Under the pieces are notes generated by a model that was not told the origin of the DNA, searched no databases, and saw nothing but the letters and a program-made list of their open reading frames with translations. From Catajapyx aquilonaris (lineage: Eukaryota), in assembly GCA_000934665.2 (NCBI GenBank), contig KZ538092.1, positions 124,001 through 188,000 of the forward strand: a DNA stretch of 64,000 bases, read 5' to 3'. Shown one piece after another: positions 24,607-39,363 of this stretch (positions are counted from its first letter, which is position 1; the number at the start of each line of letters is the position of its first letter). The translations under genes were made by a program, and so were the position numbers.

Positions 24607-27600
24607 TGGCCAAACGGGCCCAGCACCTGCAGCAACCCTGTGAAAAAAAAGAGACAGAACTTCCGATAGTAAATGACTCCAACTCGGCGACACTACATAC
24701 ATACGTACACACACAGACATCCACGTGGGTAGAATTCCGAATAGGGGGGTTTAGAATGGGGGTCAACAACCCGGAGTAAAAGAACTTGATGAACTGATTC
24801 ATCCACTCAATCCGGGGCGAGAGATATAGCTAGGAGAAAGACATAGGGCCAGAGACAGAAAAAAAGGGGGTCGGCTTCAGCTTGCTTGCTTGTTAGCCAA
24901 GGTTGAGCGGACTTCCTTTGTCTCATAATCCTCGGTATTGGCGCGCAAAAATGGCGTGTCATCCTCTGCCGCCCTTGTTTCGGAGGGGGACACGTCCGCT
25001 TATTGACTCGCTTCAGAGGGGGCGATGGAACCAGAAAAACAACTAAGCGAGATGTCTTCATTGTTCCAGGGTACACGTGTATAAATTTCTGCCTGTTAAA
25101 ACAAATGTGGATTGCCGGCCATGCTTCCGGGCCATCGTTTTTTTTTAAAGGCGCCCACGTTAGACAACTGGACTTGAGATGCGGCCAGAAAACACAAAAC
25201 AAAAAAAAAATTCACTCTCACTTTGTGGCACTAATTAAGACTTTTTGTGAGCTGTCAGAAACACTATTCTCTGTAGAATTAATGTTTATTGCGACTCAAC
25301 GTGTCACAAAGAATCATATAATGGGTTTGATGCAGACCGCAAAATATGCAGCATCACTGAAGCCTTGCTCATGAAAAGCGAGAGGCTTTTAAATTGTGTA
25401 ATAATTAATCATTTTGAAGTTAAATTAATGATTGATCTCGAAATTATTTTGGAATTTCTTTTCCACCTTTTTCCCGTTTGAAATATAGAGCTCGATAATT
25501 TTTTGAGCCAAATTTCACATTCAATTGCTTTACTATTGCGAATCCTAGAATAATTTATTAGTGCAATAGACTACATTTTAACATGAATTTTATTAATATC
25601 GGCGGCGAATAAATTAGCTTAAAACTGGTTCAGACTGTTCGGTAAAAAACCATATTCATCACTCAAAAACAGTAAAAGGTACGTAAATTTCTCAGGACAC
25701 GGTTGAAATAATTTGTACAAAAAATCATATAGAATGCCAGTTTACGAGTTTGACCTATTTTAAATTAAAATGCGTTTGGGCGTTCCATTTACATGTTAAC
25801 GATATAACTAGCCATATTGATTGTAATTTTTTCGTTTCAATAATTAATACTGTACACGCACTGCTATGATGGATAAAGGTCCGCACCATTAGAGTGAAGG
25901 CTTATTATGCATACTGTCAGTAAAGTACAGGCAAATTTTCTCACCTCACGATCCAGCCAGCTTCGCAACTACGTGCTAAACGAGCCGGTTACAACCCCGG
26001 GTTTTAAAATTACTCCAAATTTTTGCCCCCCTCGCATTAATCAGCCTCTCTAAAGTTCAGATCCGTATCCAAAGTTAGCTCCCGGAATTAACCTAACCGC
26101 ATATACCTTGGAAGACTGAAAGTTGTTGCCTCACTCAAGCCGCATCAGATCGTGCGAAATTCACACAAGAAAAGGCAACAGCGTGACGAAACCATACGTG
26201 ACGGTCAGACTTGAATTCACTTTAATATGTACGCCCATTTTTGGGAGGGGGGAGGGGGGGTGGAAAAAAATGAGGTGACGAATCTCGCTTGTCCTGTGCC
26301 CGAATATGAGGGATGTCCATGGAGACTTCGAAGTGTGCTGAATCCCAAAGGAGCAAAACCCTTAGCAGTGTGGACGCGTTTTGTGGGGGAGGGAAGTGCT
26401 GAGGGGATATCGAATTCCAATTTCTCCCTGTGGGCGACTATCCTGGCAGCCCAGCAGCAGGGAAAGGAAAAGGGGGGAGAGAGAGAGAGATAGCCCCTTC
26501 TTCCCTCTCCTCCCATCCCTTCCCCATTTTATTCCTTCCACTTGGCGAGTTCCTCCCCTTCTCCGTTTTGAAACTCATCATGACTCGAACTTTCCGCCCC
26601 CGCCTTCATAAATATATGCGGCCATTTGGGGGGAGGGGGGCTTTCGGGGGGGATGCTGACAGTGCTGATGATAATGGTCATGGTGGCGCCCATTCCGGGG
26701 AGGAATATGCACGCTGTGCCACACGTGCTGTTGGGTATGGACCCGATTTCCTGGAAGGCTTGACCGTATGTGGAGACATAAGCGGTTTGGAATTAAAACA
26801 GGGCTAACGGTGCTATACGCGTCAAAATTGGCTGTTTGCACACCTGCATTGTCTGAGTTACGATGCACACTGTATTTTTCATGGGGGCTGCGTATAGGCT
26901 CGGATGGACCAATTTGACACACAGTGCGTTGGAGCTGCAGCAGCACAGTAATAGGCTTATTCTCTCCGTCTGATATTTGTCCGACCTGATAGTATCGCTC
27001 TCTCTCAGGCCCTGAAGGTGGCAGCAGTGGGCAAAGTGAGTACGCCATCTGTGCGTGAAAAATAATAATACGTGGTAAATCGGCGGGTTACAGTTGTTTA
27101 ATTGCTGTCAGTGTCATACTGATTACAGGTTTTGCCCATTTTTGGCAACTACTAGCTTACTAATAATATGCAATGTTGCTGAATATATTGTTTGTATGAT
27201 TACCTCTCCAACCTTACATATCTTAAGCGGAATTTTAAGTCCTAGAGGAGCAGGCCGTTGGCACGTTTTTGGGTCCCCTTAGGAAATGGGTGGGTAAATA
27301 TCTGGCGAGCAACAGCGCTTTGGGGCCGATTAGCATACGCCCTGGCTGAAATTCATCCCTGGAAACAAGGAAGAGGAGGTTTTGGGAGTCAAAAGGGCGT
27401 TCCCTTTAATTGACAGTTGGAAAAGGGGGACTGTGGAGTGACTGTACCTTCCCCTCTCTCTACGTACAATTGGCAATGCTAATTGTGATTTCCTCCCTAA
27501 TTGCAAATTACAGGAGAGGGGGGGGAAGGTCGCAAGTGTTTGGCCAACTTGATTTCGCTGGAGATAATGAAACGGATGGGGAGGATGGTCGGGGGGGTTC

Positions 27601-30600
27601 GGATTATTGGATGAGAAAATGTGCCCCCCCCCCTCCCATCTCCCCATCCACACCCCTCAACACCGCACATTTTCAACCCGGAATTGCTCCAGGCCCTCTG
27701 GAATATTCGGGGTCATTTCATGCAATCCAAAGCTCCGGCTATATTACCTCCAACCTCACGCCCAAGCCCTCAATTGCACCGCATCTATTGAAGATTATTC
27801 GCACGCTCTTTCCCTTCAAAAAATTTTTTAAAACAAGTTGAAGAAGCCACTTGTAAGATGAGACACAATTGATAGTAATTATAGGTGTGGTTTGAATACA
27901 TCTCGAGGCGATGACCTCGCCAAACTTTGGCAACATGGCTGCCTTTTGCAGGACAAGAGAAAGAGAGGAAGGAGGAGGAGGAGGAGAAAAAAATGGGTAG
28001 AAAAAGGTGTCGGGTGTGCCATTAATTTCGATTAAATCCCATGGTAACCTGGCAGGAGTAGAGTACACCTCGGGACAAAATGCTCTCTCTTCACGCCTCG
28101 AAAAAGAGACTGGTTTTTGTTGCTGGTGGGGACAAGTTTTCTCAGTGCTTGCCTCACACCTTTCATGCATATACATGTGCCAGGCCAGTATATACTAGAA
28201 GTAGTTTTGCTTGGATAATTTCCAGTAGGGAGTATGCGAGAGGTAGGTCGGTGCCATAATTTGCCAGGGCCCTGTCATGTTACTTGGGTTGCTCGATACG
28301 TGCAATACATTTGCCATGACTTTCACGCCCGGTTGACATGACTGGCACAATCGTTCATTATCTCCAATTACATCTTTCTGACGTGATGTGACATAGATGG
28401 TGTCTGGTGGAGCATAACAAGCTGGGCAAGTTTCATTTATTATTTTCCGCAATCCACGCACCACATCTATAACTACACACATTTCAATGACTTGTAAAAA
28501 ACTCGTAAATCATATTTTGAGGTTACAAGCCACAAAAGCTATAGAGAACGTGGGACGGCCACACGTACCTCTCAATGCATCCTACTTTCCGACGCTTTTA
28601 TACGCTTTAAAAGTGGGGCTTAACACAATAGTGTAGCGGAAACTGGTACAGTAATCTAGTTATTCTTTCATACTCCAAAGCACTTCGCGCCCAAAAAGAA
28701 TTGCATTATGGGGATAGCCAGCGCAAAATTTTGTTTACGACAAAAAACCCGCATTACATTATGACACTGCAGAGGACGGAAGCTCGCTTTGAAGAAACGG
28801 AAATGAAAAAGCTCCCCTGACTGTGTACAAAGGACAAACGCACTGTACATGACACCCATACATATAATAATCACATTTTCTTTGTGACAGAAGTATTCAG
28901 TAATGAAACAACTACTAGTATACTGTACAGTACATGGCAATGTAGTGGGATGAGGGTTAAGTGTACTGTCAATCACATTTCAATCCTGGTGACACCAATG
29001 CAGTGACACCCCGGTTGCATATCTGCCAGGACATGTTTACAACCAAACCGGGATAGAAAGCATCACCTTTTATGCAGTTAGCAAGGATATAGGTGCAAAG
29101 TCCTGGCATTTTAAAAAAGAAGGGCATGATGCCTCTCATCCAGCAGGATCCCAGTGTTGTTGACGGGAGGCCTCCTCATTAAGTCGTCGCCCAAAATTTA
29201 TGGCCCGGGTCTCTCCTTTTTTTTAACATATACACATATCGGAGCTGGGTGTCGGGCACGGCAAGAAAATAATAAATAAACAGGCGGCGGTGAGGATCGG
29301 GTTTCCGGCTCGTTTGCTTCAGGTGGCAGCTCCATGCTTCACTTTCTTATATATACGACGACCCAGAGCAAAAAAAAGAAAAGCAGGATTATTTCGTTCC
29401 TCCCAGGCTGAAATATACTGTGTAAAAGCTGCGGTCATCTGACCGTGACCCCCTGCTGGGCCTGATCCTTCTCCAGGCTAAATTTTTTTTTAAAGTTCTT
29501 CACAGAGCCAACTTCCCTTCAGAGTAAGATTAGGCCGAGTTTTACGAGCGTGGGGAAGGGCGTGGGCGAAAAAAGAGGACTTTTTCTTCATATACTTTAG
29601 ATGGTGCAGGCTCTTCTATGGTTTCCCCCCCCCCCTTCCGATAAGGCGTTTATCAATAGAATTTTATTACGCTAGTCGGGGGCGCCTACCTTCACCTTTT
29701 TGTTTTTCTGGCAAATATTGAGGCCCCCACCGCCATACAATGGAGGTTAATATGAAGACAAATGGCGTTTTCCACGCGCTTTCATGGAAAATATGAACAT
29801 AATGGCCGAAGGGTTTGGTCCTCCGGTTGTTTTCCAGGTCGTTCCTCCTTCCTTGTTTTATATATATTTTTAAAACGTATTTACTGCAGCTTTTTGGAAG
29901 CCTTTTTTCGGGTCGCGGTTCGCCTCGAGCCGTTGAGAGGATTTTCCATCCGCTATAAACTTTCATTTTCCAAGCCACTTAGACCGTTTTATCCTGGCAG
30001 CCTTTCCATGAGCTGGTTTATGCGGTTTTGGACTTTTTTTTTGGGAATTAGGACTTTCATATTGGGAAAACAGCAGCAAACCAGAAGTGGTCAGTTTACA
30101 ATCCATCTTTGGCTTATGATAATATTTATACACAAATCCTGACGCGGTGTACAAACTAGGGAATAATTTAATGAGTGCAGATATGAACAAGGCAGGCCGG
30201 CTAATTTTGGGAATGTTTTTTTTTTTCAACAGGTGAGACTAATTAAGTCTGACAGCTCCAATTCCCTACTACACAGGTTTCGTCTTGGCCCCTGCGCCGA
30301 AACGTGTTTATTTACACGGGCCAAAATTCCATTTTGTGCTATCGGAAAGCTAAAAGGAGGAAAAAGGTCTGACTTGAGATATGTTGTTGTGAGGAGCCAA
30401 AATGGCGTTTTAAAAAAACCTAGAGGGGGGTGCGTTAGAAGCCCTCCGAATTTTAAAAAAAATAAAATACAACCAGTTGAAAATTCTTGAACTACACATC
30501 CAAGCTTAACCCCCTCCGGAATTCAAATCTGGCTTGCAAACCTGTTCCGCTTGCGGAGAAGTTCAATCACGTGGGAATGCACCGCGAAATATTTGGCGAG

Positions 30601-33600
30601 GAAGAGTAACGTGTCGGCAAACACATTTCGCACACGCGTGACGTCACTATTGCACACATATAATGCTCCAGGGGGGTTCAAAAAAAAAAGTGTTCCGGAT
30701 GAATGTGTGCAAGGAAAGAATTTTTCACCGTTGTTTGTAGTCTGCTGGGATTGGACTTTATGTGCAGGCTTGGGGGGGCTAGTAAATTAAAAAATTCCAA
30801 CGGGGATTGCGAAATTGGTCCCCCTTTTATGCGAGTCATTGGGCGAATTTTTTTTTGGTGCGGCTGGCGTCATAACTTATTGGTTCAAATCATGGGCGTA
30901 GTCACCACGTCAAATATTATTGCTGCGTTAACACAACAAAATAATACATGATAACGGAAAATGATGTACACCAATTGAATATTCATAAATTAATTTTGCT
31001 CGATGTTGGGTCGTAAAATAAAGAACGTACTTTGTATCTTCCGTGATCATAGCTGGAGGCTGACAGATTGGCGGATGTAAAAAAGTCAGCAAATTCCAGA
31101 CTCCGGGCTACTATTATGTCATGAACTTTAAAGAGAGATAGTAGAAGGGACCCAGAGAGATATAAATTACAGACTCGAAGAGATTGCGAGCTACAGAAGA
31201 TTATGGTCATGTGTCCCCAGCTTACAGTCAACACCGCAGTCATTTACGGCTTGATTGCATCAATTGAAAAATCTTATCGAGTTTGAAGAAATACGACAGG
31301 TCAACAGTGACATAAAATTAACACCGCCAGTTAGGCAGCAGTAAACACTAATGGCTCCAACGCGATAGTGTGCAGTACTTAATAATTCCTGTCCGTTACA
31401 CCTTTATTTTTTACGACAAGGGAAAAAAATGGTACTAGCAGGACCCATTGTTGTTGTTATTTTCTTTAACCCCTTCCTCAACACCTGAACACGAAGGAGA
31501 CAAAAGAGGAGAACCCAAGGACTCTCCTGGGAATTCAGTGGGGGGTTTTTCTCTTAGGCAAGCTCTGAAGGCAGGTGGGGAGCGGCCATAATTTGCATTC
31601 AGGGCCGACGTCACGTGATAACAAAACCCCCCAACTAGATAAAAGTGGGGCGGATGGTAAGCCCGGGGCCCAAATTGTGTCTATTTCATTGCTGACGTCA
31701 CGCCACACATCGCCTGAAGCTTCTACACAACAGGCAAACAGTACCCTATTTGCAGGTCCCAATTAAAAAGCCTCGTTTGCCACATGTGACATAAGTCGGA
31801 AATGTCCTGGGCAGCGTTTCCCCTTCCGGTTGAAAACCTGGCAACTACTGTCCAAAAAAAAAAAATAGGGGAGCCTAAGGGCACTCCCTGGGGATCTGAT
31901 AACGACCTGGGAAGTAGACTTGGCAGCGCCAACATTTTTTGCTTGGAGGAGGCCATCATCATTATTTGGGGATATAAAAGACTGAAGCCGAAACTGTTTA
32001 ATTAAGATCGGTAGTAAAGTGTGGGCAGTTAGAGATATATTCGGCGAGGACCACCCGGTGGATTGGAGAGAGCCACGTGTGCACCTATAGGGGTCAAGGG
32101 TCGTGTGGTGAAGGAGTCAGAGACATAGGAATCCACTCCGGGTTGGCAGATAGAAATCGCCAGGGTAATCCTTCTGAAAAGGTGTAAATGGCCTTGTCTA
32201 TCCTAGCTACTAAGAGCCGTTTAGAGACTATTATGGGTGCTGGATACATGTCAAGGAGATAGAAGCCTTACTTACTTCACAGCTTTTTGGATAGAGTGTG
32301 ACGGACGTGCAGGGGTGTGTAATCTGGTCGAGCCAAAAGCGAGAAAAAGGTGATATTTCATACCTATATGTGTATGCGAAGGTCTAATTAAACGCGCCAA
32401 ATTGATATGTCCTTGGGCTTATTCCCTTCATAGGTATTGCCCTAAAAGGCGACTGCAATAATTTATGCCACGAGACCTGTTCCGCCGCGTGAAAGTATAA
32501 TTACACGTACCTTTTAACGCGAGTATTTAAATTCGCTTATGGATCGTGATTTACAGAGTTTAAGTACAGATGGATTTGTACTTTCGGTGGTGGCACATGC
32601 CGCACACAAACTTGCAAAACATTGATTTCCTATGAGGGTGAGTGGAGGTGGAGGGGGAAGACTTCTATTCTGGTGGAGAAAGTTTGATTTTCATACAAGT
32701 TTGCAATCTTGTCGTGCAGGAAGTAGTTCACCGGAACAATTTTCCAGTAGTTGTCGAGACCCGAAAACTTCAAACGCAAAAATTATCCGCAACATTTAAC
32801 AAAGTTCGTCGAGTGATTTCAGCAACAAATCCTTTCCAAACCGCTTCATTTTCACTATATAATGCAGCATGGTACAGTAATAGGAACATCAATTTTTTTA
32901 AAACATTTCCACATAATGTTATTATTGTTTTAGTAATTACAACAATGATATCATTTGGAACTTTAAAAAAATATGGGGTGGAATTTTTGTGCGGCGAAAA
33001 TTCCACCCATTATTTTTTATAGCGGTTAATAACACCGCGTACTGTCAAATAATTTCTTAAAAATATTCTGAACCCAACTTTTCCGCAACATTGTATTATT
33101 TGCAATATTGTATTACCCGTCATGCTCACATTGTTCAGTGCCTAGTCTTACACCTTGTAACATGGGTGCAGCCCGTCTCTTTATCATACGAATTGCGCTG
33201 AATTAAAAGTTCTGATAGCCGTACATGTGTACCTGTCACGTCCGTCACGGTGAATTGACCCAGTAAGTCACGACCACATTTCATCACAAAACCCATGCCG
33301 ATTTTTGCCTTCCCCCATCAATCATAACATGTGTCAAACATAATAGACACGCGCCTCATGGACCGCCCCCCCCCCCTTACAAAAAAAAACACCGCAAATT
33401 TGGGGGTACAAAATGTAAACTCACCCAAGCAGCGTCAGCTCTGTATCAACGTCGTCTCCATGTCTAGTAGTGAATCTTCTTGGGTCCAAACTTCTTGTGC
33501 TTTGAGGGGTCCGGAGCAAAGTCCCGCGATCCTCTCCGGGTCGCCTAGGGAAACCTTCTAGGCAACCAAGCCGGCCCACCTAAAACTCAAACCAGCCAAC

Positions 33601-36600
33601 CAAACGGGACAGCGTTGCCACGGTTGCGCTGTTTGTCCACGTCACGCTCCCGCGCACATTGTTGCACCCATAAGGACTCGAAAAATATTTTTGCAAAAAA
33701 AAAAAGAGAAGCATCCAGTACATACATATTTAATAATATTTGCACATTCCACACTAGTCCGATTAAATGGTCGTGACCGATGACCTCTGTTGCAGCATCC
33801 CCCTGGGGCGGTCCATTGGTCAAGAGGTCTTTTCCCTTTTGCTGACAGGTCAATTAAGACAAATACAGACCCAGCTAATGTAGAGTCAGCATCTAAGCCC
33901 ACCCACATTTTTTATATATAGAAGAGTAAGGTTGACGCTCTTTCCGAGACACTTGTTGGATTTGGCGAGTCAATTTAAAACGTGCACTGCTTTTAGCAAG
34001 TTTGTTTGACTTGGGTTCCCACGTGGGACTTCCAGTTTGGATGTATAAAAAAAAAAAAGGAAAGTTTTTTTTTGGCATTTTTTTTCTTCAAACGTGATGG
34101 GAAGATTAAGATCTGCACGATTTTCGTGGGAGATATAAAAAGAAGCGCACCTTTACTTGACAACTGTCATGATTTTGATCACCATTTTTTTTGTGCGTCA
34201 GTGTCACGCGCTGGTCATTTTTCATCCCAACTTTTGTCGCCTTGACTCTATTTGCTCATTTGTATGCTGAGTCTATTACATCCTGATAACCCGGGAGAAA
34301 AATTCATCGGCTCAAGGATTCCTTAACGATTCATACTGGTTGGTGGTGGAGCAATTAAGGAAATAACACCCCCCCTTTGGCCCAACCAAACCTCTTTTTT
34401 TGGGGGCTCGTAATTATCGGCAGCCCATGAAACAATCATGGGGGCAAACAGAACCGGCGAAATTGGCTGGCCGGTAATCGATTGGATTCCGGTCCTATGT
34501 AACATCTTTCAATGGAAAGGCACACAAGGTGGACTGACCTTTTTAAACATTTATAATCCAGTGAATTCTTTGCTATATTGCATTTTACATATTCAACAGT
34601 CTTCAAGTTAACTTGAACCTGAAACAACCGACCTCTAAACACAGGTATTCGTGCTCGTCTGTCATTGAGGTGTTTGGGGAAATGCTGCTCTCGATGACAG
34701 CAGATAAATGTCGAGTTTTTAATGAATTGCATTTGCATCAATTTTCCATCCATGGGAACATTTTGTGGAAGGAAAAGGCTGCTTGTAATTGGAGCCACCT
34801 CAGCAAAGGGGAATGCAGTGTCGCTCACTTTCACGTTGCACAAAGGCTTTTATGGAGCGAGCACTGCACAGGCCCATTAGCCACATTGTATCGTGGCGTA
34901 ACCATTAATCAGAAATATTATGCGAAGGAAATGACACCCATGCAAGTTTGTTACAGTCTCAGGCACCATGACATGTTGCACAAACACTGCTTAAAACGCG
35001 TGAGTAATTGTGTACTTAGCTCGAAATGGATGAGTTTCGTAAATAGAGCAAACTACATACACAGCAGTACGCTTTATTTATTTATTTGTTTATTCAATGC
35101 CATTATAGGACCGTGGCCTTATTATGGTAAAATACTTAACTAATTGGCTTGTTAGCATCATTGCGGCGAAGTGACTGACCGATAGTGACCATTGCAAATG
35201 AAATTAGCTATACAATATTGCGTTTAATATTAGCAATAATTTTTCCGCAGGAGGCATGTGTGTTTGGGGAAGAAAATAATGAAGCGTGTTGCTATTGAAG
35301 TGTGGCAGGTGTATTTCCACTCCAGTTTCTGTGTGGGCTGCTAGTTCCTTAATTCAGTTGGAATCGTGACACAGTTTATTACATGGTAATTTCTTTATGG
35401 CCCAATTTTACACAATGGCCCTAATTACACCCAGGACCTCCCGCCCTTTCTATCCCTCCGTCGGTCAAGCCTGGCTGTATATTCACGTCAGATTTAAAGC
35501 CTCAGTGCAGCGCAATATGTTGGACACCGCAACACACCTAATGTTGATTAATTGTTTACTTGTGACATTTGCGTTTGAAATGTAGTGTTTACGGACACAA
35601 TATGAGCACGAGGTGACTTTCGATTGGCGATCGTTCATGACTGAAAATAAGCCCAATCATCCGTAATGAGTGGGGGTGTATGTAGATAGGGGTGATTGGG
35701 TGGGGGGGGGGGGGATTTACCCGTGGAATACTCGCAGTGAGCCGACCAATAAATTTCCGTGGCTGGCTCCTGCGGCAAGCCTGGTTGGCGAACTGCAATT
35801 TGGCAACTTTTTGGCAAATGAAGAGAGGGGGCCGAGGGTGTGAGAGGCGAGGTGTGTAGTACAAGCCCGCTGATGAGGGGCAGGAACGGGGCAGTTCATT
35901 ACAAGCCGGCAAAAAGAGGTAATGGCGGTTTAGTATGGCCGAGTCCAGTTTTTAATTTGCCTCTGGGACACGCAGAAGGGTGAGGGAGGGAGAGGAAAGG
36001 GTGAAGAGAGGGCTGTAATGGAGGGGATGAATCCCCTATTACATGTGCATGTGCAGTCAACAGAATGTAAAATACAACTCTGCAGGATCCACACTTGATC
36101 AGAATCTTGTACACTAAAAAGAAGGGCATTACTATACATACAAAATAATGGCAACAGCACGAGAGGGAGTTGCTCTTGATCAACGCTAAAGATATATAGA
36201 CTAACATATTCTATTGTTTTTCCACCCTACTTGGGAACCTTCTCATGGTCTGGATTTGTCAAGAATCCGATGAGTTTGGCGTTGTATCCGATGGCTAACG
36301 ACTAGTGCAAACACCCCAGCAGAGAGAAAGAGGAACATCCAGGCCGAATCAGAGCGGCGTTTGGAAGTTAGAATTTAAGATTCTCTTCGATTAGCTTTCA
36401 GGAGGGTATAAATCAGCGAGAAGGCTTTTTTTCAGTGGAATGCTGTGCATATAGGCTAAAGTGCTTTAAATTGACGGTATATGCTGTGTTAATAATGAAA
36501 CATTTTTGCAGTTTTTGTCCCGTTCACAAAGCCTATTGCCTCATTAAAATTGCTCGATGATACATTATTTACATGACAGGGCCAATGGCAAGTTGCAAAA

Positions 36601-37570
36601 CTGAGCCTTAATTTACCGCACTAAAATATTCAGATGCTGCTGGCTTTCCGTTAAAATCTGTGGAACTGTGTAAAGGGAATACGTAATGTCCCAGGTCCTG
36701 ACAATAATTTTTTTTACAGTTACATGCACTCCATATTGGCTGTATTAATCACAGTTATTAACAGCGAAAAAATGGCCACGTAACCAACGAGTATTTTAAT
36801 GAGCTTCATATTGATACGCTCTTTCAATTAGCACATGCACAATACTGTTCATTGCTTTTTAAAAATATCCGAAAGTGAAACTACGAAATTTTGATTTCAT
36901 CATTTACGAGCTAGTAATGGGCATGAAAAATTGCGCAGCACATTTCGGTTCAAAGATATGTACAGTAATATTTTTGTGTGTGTACCAGTGCTGCTTATAG
37001 ACGCAGCTGGACCACTCTTCCATTAAAAACATATCTATAATAAGACAAAGGTGTAATCTGAGAATCCCCAGCACCCAAAGGTTTTGTGGACTTTATAAGC
37101 AGATGTACCGCCGCTGGAGGAATATTTGCCCCTGTGGGGCACGTGACTGGGAATAAGTTATGGGGTCAAGGTGGTGGCGATGGCTTCTCCCCACACACAC
37201 GTGTTCCGTTCCCATTTCAGGAAGCTCCAGTTTATTTTTCCACTTATTTCCAATTCCCAACTCCCTGGAGTGAAAGGAAAATATTCTGACTTCTTCCTTC
37301 CCGAACCACGATTTTTTTTTTTCATTCTCTTTTTCTTCTTCGCCTTTTTTTTCCTCTCTTGCTGACTCGTTCCCTGGATCCCATCCGAGCAGCAAATGTC
37401 CCGTTGGGAGTCATCGCCCTAAGGCTAATAATTAAGAGGAGGCTCCCAGAGTTCAGGCCATAACACCGGTAGCACCAGTGCTGCTGCTGGTGTCTTCCCG
37501 TTTCGGCCCACGTTCATTCCAACGAATGTGAAAGTAATCAGCTTATAAACGGTCGCCTCCGTAATTTTTA

Positions 37571-37625
37571 TTTTACTAAATTTTATTACTCCACTATTAT
37601 AGTGGAGTAATAAAATTTAGTAAAA
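37571..37625. repeat. Perfect AT-rich palindrome, 27-bp arms with a 1-nt spacer
   Basis: TTTTACTAAATTTTATTACTCCACTAT-T-ATAGTGGAGTAATAAAATTTAGTAAAA. Confidence 0.93.
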
Positions 37626-39363
37626 AAAATAATAGTAGGCATTTGGAGGAAGATTCAGCCAACAGATAACCAGGAAGAAATAGCTGAGTACATTAGGTAT
37701 ACATTAGCAAATAATATATTTGATACCCACCAATTGTTGGCACGTAACTGCTTAAAATTGTAATACATGGTATTATTTATGGCTAATTAGATAAATATTT
37801 CCCGAGGGCTTTACCTCTCATATTTGGGAGGAAAATGTAATTAGGCGACGTTAAATAGTTGGGGTGGCATTGGCCTCATGGATGCTGCAGAATCTTTTAA
37901 AAGTGTAATGATGAACGTCTAAATTTTTTACCCGGGCGCCAGCGTGTGGGGGGAGAGACCCCGACTCGAGCCTTGTTTTACAAATCATAGTAATTTATTA
38001 ATATCCATCCTTCACGGTGAGATAAATATTAGTGAAGGCGGAGTGACATCAGCAGCTCGTCTTTCACGGAACAGCAGACCCCCAGGGTGGGTTGGGAGAG
38101 GGGTCCTTTTTTTTATTCTTTTGGCATTTCAGAGTCCATCTGTGTACACCATGTCTCATTTGCATAAAACAGTAGGAGACCCTGCACGTTTCGCTGCAGC
38201 GTACCGGCGCACCGCACCATACACCCCTAGAGGTTGGGTTTGTGGCATCCCCATGCCTTTGGAGAGAAGAGAGAGAGAACTTGGCTGAGCGGAATAACAC
38301 TGGAATTGGTCCCGGAGGAGTCGCTTTGCTTCTAAAGGTAGTAGGGGAGGGAATGGATGATGGCCGGCACTTTCTTCTCCCCTCTCGACCCATCATCTTT
38401 CCCTAGAGGACCAGGGATAACAATGCCGACGTCACGGCTCAACGACGATCTTGTTAGCACCAAATCTAGGACACTCTCACTCTCAAGTCTCAAGAGAGAT
38501 CACTCGTGCGGCGCGTGTTCACTAATGATAATACCTGCACATTTAAATAATAATATAATATGTCAATATACAGGCTGCGTCGAACATGACCGTTACAATG
38601 CGTGGCATGTAGGAATTTTTGCCCATATAATTATTTCTCAACTGGAATTGTTAGCAGTGAGTTTTCACGTTTACTTTTCATGCGGGTAATGACTTTATTG
38701 AGAGTCACGACTTTTGGAAAACAATCCGGTTTCATGGATTTTAAACCGTGTTCTCCGGCATATATACCATGTGAGGTCAGTTTTTTTTCGTGGCTACTGA
38801 TTCCCCGTTAATTTGCATCCTTGTTATTGCTGCATACACCTGGAATTTTTGCGAGCGTGGCGGAAGTTTCATGTACATGTATTATGATAAAGTACCGTTG
38901 ATTTGCGGGGCATTAAAACAGTACCGGCCTATGCAGGGTATTACACCTGCCGCTGCTTTTCCATTCATCATGCCTATAGGGGGTAGTTTGGACCAGAAGG
39001 ATTAATTGTATTACTACCCTCCGAAAATGAGCCAACTAGTAATTAGTAGTTTTTGAGGGGAGAAACTCTCTCTCTCTCTCTCTGTTTTATTTTCCAAATG
39101 ATGCGCTCACTCAAACAAACACCGGGCATCCAAACATACAGTCCATGCAAATATATATACACAGCGTGCGAGTCTCACTGTACAAAGGGATTACAAATAA
39201 TAATTAACATTTACAAATGACGACATACAATTAATAAAAAGCTGACTGTCCAAAAATCAGTCTTATCATTGTTGAGCGTTTACGTACAAATCTGTATACA
39301 AAAACTGGACTAGAAGTTGTGATTCAAGTGAACCCCTGAAGGAAAGGTCACTCTTTTTTAAAT

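Noticed and set aside
16000..39000. Numerous 60-200 aa ORFs, e.g. 18424-19035, 19156-19632 and 34613-35143
   Set aside because: Low-complexity, homopolymer-driven translations with no recognisable domain or exon chain; consistent with intronic/intergenic chance ORFs. The exception is the real exon at 24519-24606.
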